DNA from: Geosiphon pyriformis uo1 | Lineage: Eukaryota > Fungi > Glomeromycota | Length of the DNA: 35,497 bases | Reading direction: 5' to 3' | NCBI GenBank assembly: GCA_016748015.1 | Contig: JAAOMT010000483.1 | Location: forward strand, 280,163-315,659 | In this document: positions 24,376-35,497 of the stretch, one piece after another | Layout of the letters: every line of letters starts with the position of its first letter | Position numbering within the stretch: position 1 is the stretch's first letter | Made by a program: the position numbers and the translations under genes | The notes under the pieces: generated by a model | What the model was told of the DNA's origin: nothing | What the model saw: only the letters and a program-made list of their open reading frames with translations | Database searches by the model: none

Positions 24376-25281
24376 TGTTACTCATAGAATATAGAAAATA
24401 TAGTATTATTAGTCAATAGATATTAGCCAATCAGATATAGACATAGTAAATGTGGAATTCTAAGATTCCTTTCAGAGAAATTGCAGGATTTCAGGAATTT
24501 CAGAATTCTCCAACAAGGAATCGCAGGATTCCAGAATTCCTCTCATCAAGAATCACAGAATTCCAAAAATTCCAAGATTCCTGTTACAAGGAACTGAGGA
24601 ATTGAAGAATCTCAAATATGTATATATAGCAGTAGTATTAAAAGCAGAAAAGACAGAATGGACACCAAGAATTCTTAGCTTAGTTACTACAATCCTCAAA
24701 TAAAATAATTATTCACTATATCAAATTCCTTCTTCACTATCAACACTTTATGTTGATAGTAACTGATACTTAATCATACTGGAACAATAGCTCTTGATCA
24801 TGGCTATTGACGGGATACGAATTAGAATTGCCTTGGCTTATTTGCTTTATTTCATATTATTTGCTTTCTTTCTTTTCTTTTCTTTTCTGTTTTTGCTTTG
24901 TTGTTTTATACTAATTGATTAAGGATTAAAAGTGCTGAGTTATTAATGTCATGGATAGTCTGGTAAAAGATTCAGAAATAAGAGTAGAATTTTATATATT
25001 ATCGGATAGCTTACCAGAAAAGCACAACTGCCAGAATAAATCTGGCCTCTATACTGAGAAAGAAATTAAATGGAATTGCGATTCTGAAGACTATTACAAT
25101 TACAATTGAATTTCTGTTTATAATACAAAGAACTCAACCCAAAATCTTCAGATATCAAAATCTTCATATATCAAAACCTTCAGATTACCAATACCAATAT
25201 CAACAGAAATCAAGATAGCTTTTGAGCACCAAGTTATGGGTTTGTTATTTAATTCTACAGCAGAAATAATCACCTGTAATA
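24376..25281 (+). repeat. 5' LTR of element E (906 bp)
   Basis: TGTTAC...GTAATA (decayed GTAACA); CCAAT at 24427; TATATATA at 24621; three 16-bp tandem units at 25141-25188. Confidence 0.9.
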
Positions 25282-25283
25282 TT

Positions 25284-25300
25284 TGGTGCTCCCTGTGAAG
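25284..25300 (+). promoter_or_regulatory. Primer-binding site, possibly for tRNA-Ile(UAU)
   Basis: TGGTGCTCCCTGTGAAG begins 2 nt after the LTR end; TGG complements the tRNA CCA. tRNA identity is from recall. Confidence 0.7.
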
Positions 25301-25471
25301 TATAATCCTACAGAGAACCCACACCAACAAACACCATCCAAAAGTGGCAGAATCAGAAAATATAGGAGCAAACCATTTAGAATTTGCAAAATCCTTATTT
25401 CAATACTATTGTCAATACTTGGAATTAAACCACAATCATATATCCGTCGAATCAGCCTTCAATTTCTATGT

Positions 25472-26348
25472 TGTTACAAGTGATTATTTGAGGTCTCAAA
25501 TCAAATAACAAACCCATAACTTGGTGCTTAATTGATATAAAGTTATTGGTAATATCTAAAGATATTATTATCTAATGGTTTTGGTTGAGTTCTTTGTATA
25601 ATGGACAGAGATTCAGTGGTGATGGTATTAGTTTTCCTGGAGTCACAATTATGCCCAATTTCTTTCTCAGCTTGGCGGCCAGATTTATTCTGGCAGTTGT
25701 GCCCTTCTGATAAGCTATCTGTTAATATATATAATTCTACCCTTATTTCTGGGTCTTTTACCAGGCTATTCTTGACGTCAATAACTCAGTGCTTAATTCT
25801 TTTAATCAATTAGTAAACAACAAAAGAAAATAAAATAAAGAAAAATAAAAGAAAATAAAGAAATAAAGAAAATAAAATAAGAAATAAGTGTCCTGTCAAT
25901 AGCCATGATCAAGAGCTATTGTGCCAGCAGGTTAAGTAGTGGATAATAACATTAATATGGAAGTGATTTCATTTCAAGTTATAGTATTCTATCTTTTGAA
26001 GGAAGGATATTTAATAATTATGACCTGCGAGTCTAATTGACTCTGAGAGTCCTATTGACTCTCAGTCTTCTTAACTTTGAGCCTAATTGACTGCCTAAAT
26101 TTTTTTTCTTCTTTTCTAGCTTCTGATACTACTGCTATATATACATAATTGAGATTCCTTAATTTCTCAATTCTTCACACCAGGAATCCTGAAATTCCTG
26201 GAATCTTGCAATTCCTTTGAGAAGAATTCTGGAATTCTGGAATCCTACAATTCCTCATACGAGAATCCTGGAATTCCACATTTACTACATTTATTCTGAT
26301 TGGCTAATTTATGTACTAATATTTAATTCCTATATTCTATGAGTAACA
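25472..26348 (-). repeat. Inverted solo LTR of the E/A family (877 bp), TSD ATGT
   Basis: Reverse complement starts TGTTACTCATAGAATATAGG; ATGT at 25468-25471 and 26349-26352. Confidence 0.93.
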
Positions 26349-26352
26349 ATGT

Positions 26353-28600
26353 CAATGAAAAGATTTCCTCTTTGTTAAAAACACTAGTGAATATTGAATC
26401 AGCAAGGGAACTTTCTATAGGAAATTAATTCAAAACACCAACCTACCAACAAATCATTATTTCACATCCATCATTACTGAGATCAACAAAGAAATTGAAC
26501 ATCACACCCAACAAAGATATCTAATTACATATGCTAATAAAGGCAAAGGAAAACTACAAACACCAGCAGTAACACCCAGAAAAATACAACCACCTACTTA
26601 AAAAAAAAACAGAATTGAATCCCCAAGCAACCCATCCTACCACTATACACCTGGAAGCGCCATTAACATATCATCAACAGACATGCCCCCATCAACTACG
26701 ACATCAGTATTTAAATGATTCCCATTCCAAAATAGACAAAAAAAAACAGAATTATTAGGACCATATGGCGAATACTTTAAAAGATTTAATTCATGATCAT
26801 TAATCCCATTAGGACTTCGATCACCACTGTCTCCACCAGATTTCAGAATTTCTGATCCGTGAAAAGTAATGGAATCAGAAAAAGAGGAAAAAGAATCAGA
26901 GGATCAAGAATTCACTTACCAGCACCTGATTACTGAAAACCCAGAAGTTGAAACCCCAAATCTTCAAACTCAGCAAAATCTAAATCTAGAAAATTTGGAA
27001 ATTGAAACTCCGAATATTCACACCCCGTTAAATCAAAGAAATCAAAACCCCAATTTAATTCATCAGCAACACCTACCTTCCATTATCATCATCAATCAAC
27101 CACCAATTGAGCCGATCAGTGAGCCAATTCAACCACTTCAAGTACTACCCCAACAACCATTATCTCTTCAACTACTTCAGCAACAGCCGCCTCAACAGTC
27201 CCAACAACCTATAGTACTGATGGCCTATACACCAATTGCCAAATTAGAAAAATTCACTGGTAAAGAGGATGATGCTCAAGCTTGGTTGAATGATATCGCC
27301 AAAGCAATCATGGCAAACAATTGGAACAATGACAGAGCTTTTTAGGCAATCCCATCTTTCCTCCAAGATACTGTAAATTCATGGTATCAAAGCTTAGTCG
27401 CAAAACCTCAAATGTTTGATGCATTTAAGCAGGAGTTCCTAAGATACTTCAGTAATAATAATAATATCAACCATTTGGTAAATACTTTTACTACTATTAA
27501 ACAAAGAGACACTGAAGCCATTACCACGTACTTAGGACAATTCTATAGATGCCTGCGCCAAATCCAAGCTATCAATGCTGATTATTTTACAGTGGCCCAA
27601 ATTTTGAATCAATTTATCAGAGGCTTATGCAGTAGTATTTTCCAGTGCATATGTTCACTACATCCAGCAGATTTACAAGCAGCTGTCACTAACGCCAAAG
27701 ATTTTGAAGCAACCGAACTCGAAGCTAACCACACCCAAGCCGTTAATCTAGTAATGAATAGATCATCTGAATTGGATTCTAAATTGAAACAATTCAATGA
27801 TTTCATCAATCAAAAATTAGAGGAGTACTTAGCTGACAACCAAGCAATCTATCAACCGCCACAACGATGCAACAATCAGGGAAACTCTAATCACGTCCAA
27901 AATCAGCTATGTCCATCATTTCCGGCCAATCAACAGTGGCAACAAGAAACACATGTTTGCCACTATTGTGGTAAACAAGGACACATACAAATTGATTGCC
28001 GCCAATGTTTAAATAACCAACAATTGGGAAATCAATATCAAAACCCTGATCACTGGTTCTCAGTTCCGAGTTCCCAGCAAAATCAAAAACAATACCAACA
28101 CTTATCTCATTATGCACCAATGACACAGCAATCAATGTATCAACCATCAGTATATCAAGCTCCAATTTATCAACTGCAGCTGCAAGTGATTTATCAACAA
28201 CCGCAGCCACAAATAATATATCAACCCCAACAAATTCAAACACCGCTCCAAAACTTACTACTCAATAGAACACAAAGACTGAGAATGACTCAACAAAGTT
28301 AGAGATTGGCGATAGTGGTCCATCAGCTGATCCCCAGTTCTTCACAGCAACCATTTGGATTATGCTAGTGGAATTCAGGTACCAGTCAACCCCAGAACCC
28401 AAATTCTCAGAACTATTTAAGTCTCCTGGTCACCCCAGAAGACGCCTTAGCCAATAACCCAGCATTCGCCCAAAAACAACCACTCACCAGTAATATCCCC
28501 CCTGCTATCATTACCGAAGACAAGTCCTTGGCTGCTATCTTCTCATTCAAATTCGAGGAAACAACTGCAATGCCATTATTTAGTGGAGCCACTCTTAAAG
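26353..28600 (+). pseudogene. gag: gag of element E (long N-terminal extension, capsid-like region, CCHC knuckle, Q/P-rich tail)
   Basis: KLEKFTG..DAQAWL; FIRGL; CHYCGKQGHIQIDC; the frame appears to continue upstream of the solo LTR to about 25302. Confidence 0.85.
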
Positions 28601-28611
28601 CCAAACTGATT

Positions 28612-28980
28612 ACTACAATGTACACTGATGTCAAAGTTAAGGGACAATTCATCAAATTAATCCTTGACAGCAGTTCAGCAGGCAGCATTATTACATGACA
28701 ACTCATGGATCAATTAGGTTGCCAAGTTGATTGAACTGCCAGTGCCAGAATCATCACAGCCAATGAAGCAACCAAAACTCCAATCAGCGAAATCAATGAC
28801 TTCCCTTTCAAAGTTAATGGCATCATAACTCTCATTAAAGTGATAGAAACCACTCAATACCAAGCTCTTGTTGGTAATGACTGGCTATTCAAAGTCAATG
28901 TAACATTAGACTAGAACACCCAGGAACTCCAGCTAACATATCAGGGCCAATACATACGTGTACCAGTCATGTGTGGTCAC
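28612..28980 (+). pseudogene. Retropepsin-like aspartic protease
   Basis: IKLILDSSSAGSIIT (decayed DSG, Asp at 28666) and ALVGNDWL. Confidence 0.85.
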
Positions 28981-29328
28981 TTCAAGACTCCTCCAAAAGA
29001 GAAACTATTGATTGAACTGGAGAAAGAAAAAGAAAAACCTACCTGGAAAGCTTACCAAGTCTCCTGGGCTGACGTTGACCACAACAAACTACCACCCATA
29101 CTCTCATGAAATGACAAGGGAAAGAAGAAGGAAGAAAAAGAACTTGCCTGAGAGCCAAACCTAGGAGCATAAAATGACGACAGCCAGAGCAAACCAACCA
29201 CTAAATGGAATTAGGAAGAAAAAGAAAAAGGGAAGGAATGAGAAGAAAAGCTGACACTAGCCAACAAATTGACTTATGTCCCATATGCCTACCAACCACC
29301 AGCTCAATACTGTCGACCCAAGCTAGTG

Positions 29329-29931
29329 TGCGTCAATTGTGGCAAGAAATTGTTGTCAATGGGTGCATGTTGCAACAAAGATGAAGAATGGTCTACAGTA
29401 ACCAAATATTATTGTCACTCATACATTATCGAACACAATGGATGACCAAAATAAAAAGGAAAGTGGGATGGCGAACGTTGTCTGGCATGTGGAAACACCC
29501 TTCTTGATGAAGGAATGTGGAATGACATTTCTGGGGAAGGAGGAACGTGTGACAAGTCATGCCAATACATGATTCTCATTAGCAACTGGATATAAAAAGG
29601 AATGTCCATTGAAGCTGTCTGGAGAAGAACTGTTTAGTGTCTGGATGGTTACCCACATGACGATAATGAAATTTGGCGAATGGCACTCGCCAAAATTGAA
29701 GGAGTGTCACCTGAAGAAATAAAAACGATCAAAGACAACCCCTCAGAATCTCTAGAACTTGACTGGGATGCAGAACCCATCATAAATCTCCTAAATCTAG
29801 AACAATTCCACAAACACTACCAAGAATTAGCACCCACAAGGAAAGAACAAAAACAATGGTTAGAGCAGTTGAACACTTGACTATGTCAACACTGCCTAAT
29901 TCCCTGTGACTTCCAGTATTGTGATGAGTGT
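29329..29931 (+). other. Cys-rich putative multi-zinc-finger insert in pol
   Basis: CVNC..CC..CHSY, CLAC..CDKSC, CQHCLIPCDFQYCDEC; Cys mostly shared with copy B. Confidence 0.65.
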
Positions 29932-30180
29932 AACCTTATCTACAATCTACTACCACATATGATCTACATGATCCCAAAAGAAGAAGAACCAATCAGCAGC
30001 TGTGTATTGGAATCAGAATTGCTGATCAATCATGCTTCAAACTCCAACAACAATGATGATAACAACGGTTCAAGCTCCAGTCAAGATGGCAATGACAATG
30101 ACAATAGTATAAACTCAGATTTAAACTCTGATTCAGACTCCGAACAATATATTGCACTCTCTGATCTTACCAAAGACCAA

Positions 30181-30609
30181 GAACTTAAATGGTTTAGTGA
30201 TAATGACGAAAGTATCATGCCAGAATAAGCACATGATACTGATGCAGAGTTTGATCTGAGGTATCCAGGAAAAGATGCCATCAAATTGAAACCACATTCA
30301 TGCATCTGCCTTGATTTGAAAATAGCGCTGGAAATTCCAGCAACAACAATGGTTCAATTAACATCTAGGAGTAGTTTAGTGAAAAGAGGGATTAATATAA
30401 AAGGAGGAATAATTGACACAGGATATGTAGAAAATATCATTGCTATGCTATAAAATGACTCAGAAAAAGTCTATATAATAGAGCCCAATGAAAAGATAGC
30501 ACAGGCAATATTCCTGCCTCTGATTAGAATAGCTTAGTTAGTATTAGTGGGAAAAAGGGAGGAATTAGGAATAACAGCGAAAGGAATACAGGGATTTGGA
30601 TCAACAGAT
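30181..30609 (+). pseudogene. dut: Trimeric-family dUTPase domain between protease and RT
   Basis: All five motifs: DAEFDL, SRSSL, GGIIDTGY, EKIAQAI, KGIQGFGST. Confidence 0.92.
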
Positions 30610-31119
30610 AGAATAGATGTGCCAGTCAATATGGCAGAAAAAAAAATTGTTGGCCAAGGAGAAATTATCTGAACTGGTCAAGCAATTTCCATTCCACCAT
30701 ATGACCAGTACATAATAACAATAGAGAGGAAGATAAAAGACCAAGCACAAATTTTTGAAACAGAAGCAAGTCTTTGTGAATTAGGAGAAGTTGGACTCAT
30801 CAATTTCCATATACCAGCCAAGAACTATAACCACATCAAAATTCCCATTTACAACAATACTAGAAATATTGTCAATATACCAGAAGGAACCATCATCAAA
30901 TATTTGACCACAGAAATAGAGGATCAACCACTAAGCACCATTCCAAACTTTCCAAAGCTTTGTGGATATGTCAATATCACATTACAAACAATATATAGAT
31001 GAAGTGAATGTTATTTGCTCCAACCAGAACAGTTGGAACAAATGAACATGGGAAACTTAGATCCACTTCAACATATGCAACTTAAAATGTTGCTTAACAA
31101 TTTCAATAACATCTTTGCC

Positions 31120-32430
31120 AGCAAAAACGAGTTTGGCCAAACTGACATCATCTAGCATTAGATCAAGATGGAAAATGCAATGCCAATTAAACAAAAAGCA
31201 TACAGAATACCACCAGCTAGCCATGAGATTATCTATCAAGAGATAAACTGAATGCTTGACAATAGGCTAATTCAGCCATCAATGAGCCCATGGTCATTAC
31301 CAGTAGTACTTATTCAGAAAAAAAATGGGAAAATTTACTTTTGTGTAGATTATAGAAAACTCAATGGAGTAACTTGTGGAGATAGGTACCCCACTCCACA
31401 GATCCAAAAATTATTCGATGCTTTTGGTAAAAACAAATGGTTTTTAATATTAGACCTAAACAGTGGTTACTGGCAAGTAGCCATGGATCCAGTCAACAAA
31501 GAGAAAACAACATTCACCACAAGGGAAGGGAATTTCGAATTTAAAGTAATGCCATTCAGCTTAACCAATGCCTCAGCAACTTTCCAACAGCTAATGAAAA
31601 TTGTTTATACTGGCTTATTATAGAAATCAGTAGTTGTATACTTGGATGACACCAATGTATTCTCAAAAACATTTGATGATCATCTTCATCATCTTCAACA
31701 AGTGTTCAAAAGACTAAGAAGAGCAGGACTAAAGTTAAATGCAACAAAGTGCTTTTTCGGCAAAACAGAACTAAAATTCTTGGGACACATAGTCAGCAAA
31801 GATGGCATCAAAACAGATCCAGAGAAAATAAAGATAGTAAAAAACTTTTCAGTGCCAGCCAATATAACAGAACTGAAATCATTCTTGGGATTTGCCAACT
31901 ATTATCGACATTTTATTAAGAACTTTTCCAAGATAGCGCAACCATTCAACCAACTGCAAACCAAGAATACAAAATATGAATGGACAGAAAGTCAACAAAA
32001 AGCTTTTGATATTCTGAAAAGAAAGCTCATTCAAGCTCCAGTACTGATCTATTCAGATCACAGCAAACCATTCATCATTACCACCAATGTATCTGGCCAA
32101 GCATTGGGAGCAGTATTATCTTAGAGAAAACCAGATGGCAAAAAACATCCAGTAGCATATGCCAGCAGAGGTTTAACACCAGCCAAAAAGAACTATGGAA
32201 CACCAGAACAAGAACACTTAGCAATATACTGGGCAGTCATGAAATGAAAAGAATACTTAAGCCAGAAGTTTAAAGTATACACAGATCACAAAGGATTAAC
32301 ATCACTTTAAAAACAAGAATTTGGAGATGGAAGACAGTCAAGATAAAAAATAGCACTCACACCATATAATTATACTATACATTATAAAAAAGGAAAAGAC
32401 AATGGAAATGCTGACAGTTTGTCATGAATG
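31120..32430 (+). pseudogene. pol: Reverse transcriptase (YLDD 31639-31650) and RNase H of element E
   Basis: SPW..PVVL, FCVDYRKLN, LDLNSGYWQV, MPFSL, FLGH; TNVSGQALGAVL, YTDHK, NADSLS. Confidence 0.95.
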
Positions 32431-32505
32431 AGACAAATCTAAAGAACAGTTCAATCCAAAAATATAACAAAACCAGAACAATATCAACAAAAAATATAAC
32501 AAAAG

Positions 32506-33888
32506 ATGAACATACAAAAATATCAACAACTGCAACATTATATAAACACTCAACAATTCAAGAAGAATTTATCTCAATGGAATGAAAGAGTATCAAACAA
32601 CAATCAAAATATTTTATCACTTACCAAAATATACTTATCAAAAAAATAGAAAAGATTCAGATCAACCAACCAGAGTAATTACAGAGCCAGAAAAAGAGAC
32701 AATATTATTCAACATGCACTCAAATCCAACAGCAGGACATTTTCACAAAGAAGCAACCATGAAAAGAACCAGAAAAAGGTACTATTGGCCATTAATATAT
32801 TCAGACATCATCCAATATGTTCAAAATTGTGATGCTTGTCAGTAAAGAGGAGATATGAAACCCAGTGAACCATTAAGACCAATCAAAGTGAGACAACCAT
32901 TTAACTGTATTGGAATTGATTTAGTTGGACTATTAACAATCACCAGCGGAGGAAACAGGTACATAGCAGTAGCCATGGACTATCTCACTAAATGGCCAGA
33001 GGTGAAAACAATTCAAAGAGCAGATACAAAATCCATTGCCGAATTCGTTCATTAAGATTTGATCTGTCAACATGAATGTCCAAAAGAATTACTTTCAAAC
33101 TAAGAAACTTATTTTGTGAACAGAACATTGGCAGAATTAAGCCAAAGATTTGGAATTAAGAGACCACTATCATCACCATACCATCCACAAACCAATGGAT
33201 TAGTCGAAAGATTTAACAGAACATTGTGTGAAGCAATAGCTAAACTCAGCCAAGAAAACCAGAATGATTGGGATTTGTTGATATCATCAGTACTATTTGC
33301 TTATTGGACAATAAAGCAAGATACTACACAAGCAACACTATTTGAATTAGTATATAGTAGAACAGCAACACTACCAGTGAAAATAGAAGTCAGCACATAC
33401 CCAACCAAACCAATAACAGAAGAAAATTTCAAAAACACATTGTTGAGAAGAACATATAACTTAATAAAAACATTAGAAAACAAACAACAAAGAGCAGCTG
33501 ATAACATACAAAGATCACAAGAGAAACAAAAAGAAAGACATGATAACCAACTACCAGATAAACCAGTTGAATTCAGGATTGGAGACAAAGTACTACTACA
33601 TCGTACCAAAGTGGAAAAACAATGGAGTGGAAAATTTGATCTCAAATGGGACAGACCATTTCACATAGAAGAAATTCTAGAAAATAGAGCTTACAAATTA
33701 AAATTGAATAACAAAATCTTGACCAAAGCAGCACATGGAAATTGACTGAAATCATACTACTATACAGCATTATTATCCACCAGTAATATTCCACAATTAG
33801 GAGTACAGAGAATACTAGTCCAATCAGATGAGATTTCACAAGATCTGGAACCAATCATTATCATTGACAACAACACGTCCAATTGATT
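32506..33888 (+). pseudogene. Integrase of element E (no chromodomain recognised)
   Basis: H..GH...CDAC; IGIDLVG; YHPQTNGLVERFNRTL; KWDRPFHI; ends DLEPIIIID. Confidence 0.93.
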
Positions 33889-33939
33889 AACAAAAGAATA
33901 TATAAGAACATAGTCAACGTGACAGAAGAGATCAGAAAA

Positions 33940-34569
33940 ATAGAAATTATAAACAATATCCATTTATTAGCCCAACAAATTTTTCAATTAATCCAACACC
34001 AGGAGATGGAAATTACAATCAATCAACAAACTATTTGTTACAAAAATACAGCAAAAATACCACAAAACAAAGCACAGAAAAGACTTGAAAATGTTGTTGA
34101 CAAGATCATGATCAAGATAAAATTGGCCATAAAAGAACAACAAATAGTCAAATTACATCAAAAACTTACTAAAGAAACTTGGACTTGGTGAACACAACAA
34201 TTTCCAAAAAATTATTGTTACTTTTACTTGGGACAATACGTGAATATCCAGAACTTATATACGGATAAAACAAAGCGGTTATTCGACACAACAATACTAC
34301 AACAACTAGAATATTTTGTAGGGAAAAACAACTTATCCACACAAGCTCGAGCTATATACTGAATACACACAACATTTTAGGATTGATCAGGAATCCTACT
34401 CAACAAAGCAATGGATACAGTTACCAATAATCAATTGGGAAAAATCACTAATGCTCAATTTGAAGAATTACAGACTCAAATAACACAAGTAATTCTTGAA
34501 AACAAAATTCAGGAAATACTTCAAGAGGGAGAATTAAAAGAATTAGATTTTGACAGAGCTTAATATTAA
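33940..34569 (+). pseudogene. Accessory ORF3 of element E
   Basis: IEIINNIHLLAQQIFQ...YCYFYLGQ...LGKITNAQF...FDRA*Y*; homologous to ORF3 of A and C. Confidence 0.7.
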
Positions 34570-34579
34570 AAGGAAGTGA
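34568..34579 (+). other. Polypurine tract of element E
   Basis: AAAAGGAAGTGA, ending 3 nt before the LTR. Confidence 0.8.
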
Positions 34580-34582
34580 TAA

Positions 34583-35163
34583 TGTTACTCATAGAATATA
34601 GGAAATATAGTATTATTAGTCAGTAAATATTAGCCAATCAGATGTAGACGTAGTAAATGTGGAATTCCAAGATTCTTCTCAGAGGAATTGCAGGATTCCA
34701 AGAATTTCAGGATTCTCCAATAAGGAATTGCAGGATTCCAGAATTCCAGAATTTCTCTTATCAAGAATCACAGGATTCCAAAAATTCTAGGATTTCTGTC
34801 ACAAGGAATTGAGAAATTGAGGAATCTCAAATATGTATATATAGCAATAGCATTAGAAACAGAAAAAACAGAATCAACACCAAGAATTCTTAGCTTAGTT
34901 ATCACAATCTTTAAATAAAATAATCATTCACTATATCAAATTCCTTCTTCACTATCAACACTTCATGTTGGTAGTAACTGATACTTAATCATACTGGAAC
35001 AATAGCTCTTGATTATGGCTATTGACGGGATACAAATTAGAATTGCCTTGGCTTATTTGCTTTATTTCATATTCTTTGTTTTCTTTGTTTTTTTTTTTTT
35101 CTATCTTTGTTTTGTTGTTGTATACTAATTGATTAAGGATTAAAAGTGCTGAGTTATTGACAT
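34583..35163 (+). repeat. 3' LTR of element E, interrupted by a C-family LTR
   Basis: Direct repeat of about 24376-24949. Confidence 0.93.
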
Positions 35164-35497
35164 TGTTACTGGAGGTTTTTGGTCTCTTTTCTGTAATGTT
35201 GTTGATACTTATTTGCTGTGAATTCACGTTTTCTGGATGTGGTTGAACCTTCAGTAACTGAATTTATCTTCAAATTATCTCCTATAATTTGAACTTGCTG
35301 GACTTATGAGTGGAATGGCCAATTTTGTGCCAGTTGCTTTGTGTAGTTACGTTGTAGTAAACGTCAACTCTTTTCCAGGAATTGCTTGTCTGGAAGCTCA
35401 CTAAAAATGTGTAGTTACTTTGCTGTAAAAGTCAACTCTTCTACAGGAATCTCGTCTGTAGGTTACCCTAATGATTATGATAAGAAAATAAAAGAAA
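35164..35497 (-). repeat. Family C LTR running off the window end
   Basis: Starts TGTTACTGGAGG; homolog of 5139 and 14782. Confidence 0.92.

Larger units (their letters stand above)
24376..35163 (+). mobile_element. Near full-length Ty3/Gypsy element E (LTR-PBS-gag-PR-Cys rich-dUTPase-RT-RH-IN-ORF3-PPT-LTR)
   Basis: Direct-repeat LTRs at 24376 and 34583, PBS, PPT and all domains in Gypsy order. Confidence 0.95.

Noticed and set aside
33883-34569. env gene
   Set aside because: The position fits, but no signal peptide, furin site or transmembrane anchor is evident.

Overview
AT-rich eukaryotic repeat region made entirely of decayed, nested retrotransposons; I see no intact host gene. The element types and decay pattern suggest a fungus, probably Glomeromycota (inference). 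Left to right: the 3' half of a Ty3/Gypsy element (A, +, 3' LTR 2244-3068) abuts an opposite-strand relative (B, -, 3069-5138). Next is an internally deleted Gypsy of a second family (C, -, 5139-10874). A 5'-truncated LINE (D, +, 10875-17920; APE-RT-RNaseH-Zn) carries two solo LTRs. A very AT-rich relic zone (17921-19851) is followed by a tail-to-tail LINE (F, -, 19852-24375). Last is a near full-length Gypsy (E, +, 24376-35163+) with an inverted solo LTR in its 5' region and a C-family LTR in its 3' LTR. Main points of interest: (1) family B/E has an apparently single gag-pol frame with a multi-Cys putative zinc-binding insert plus a five-motif dUTPase between protease and RT; (2) a non-env accessory ORF3 between integrase and PPT is conserved in both Gypsy families; (3) the 4-bp target sites are centred on CG or its decay products; (4) decay is almost purely C>T/G>A, including non-CpG contexts (RIP-like); (5) the LTRs carry swapped U3 repeat modules and conserved hairpins. 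All alignments and counts were done by eye.
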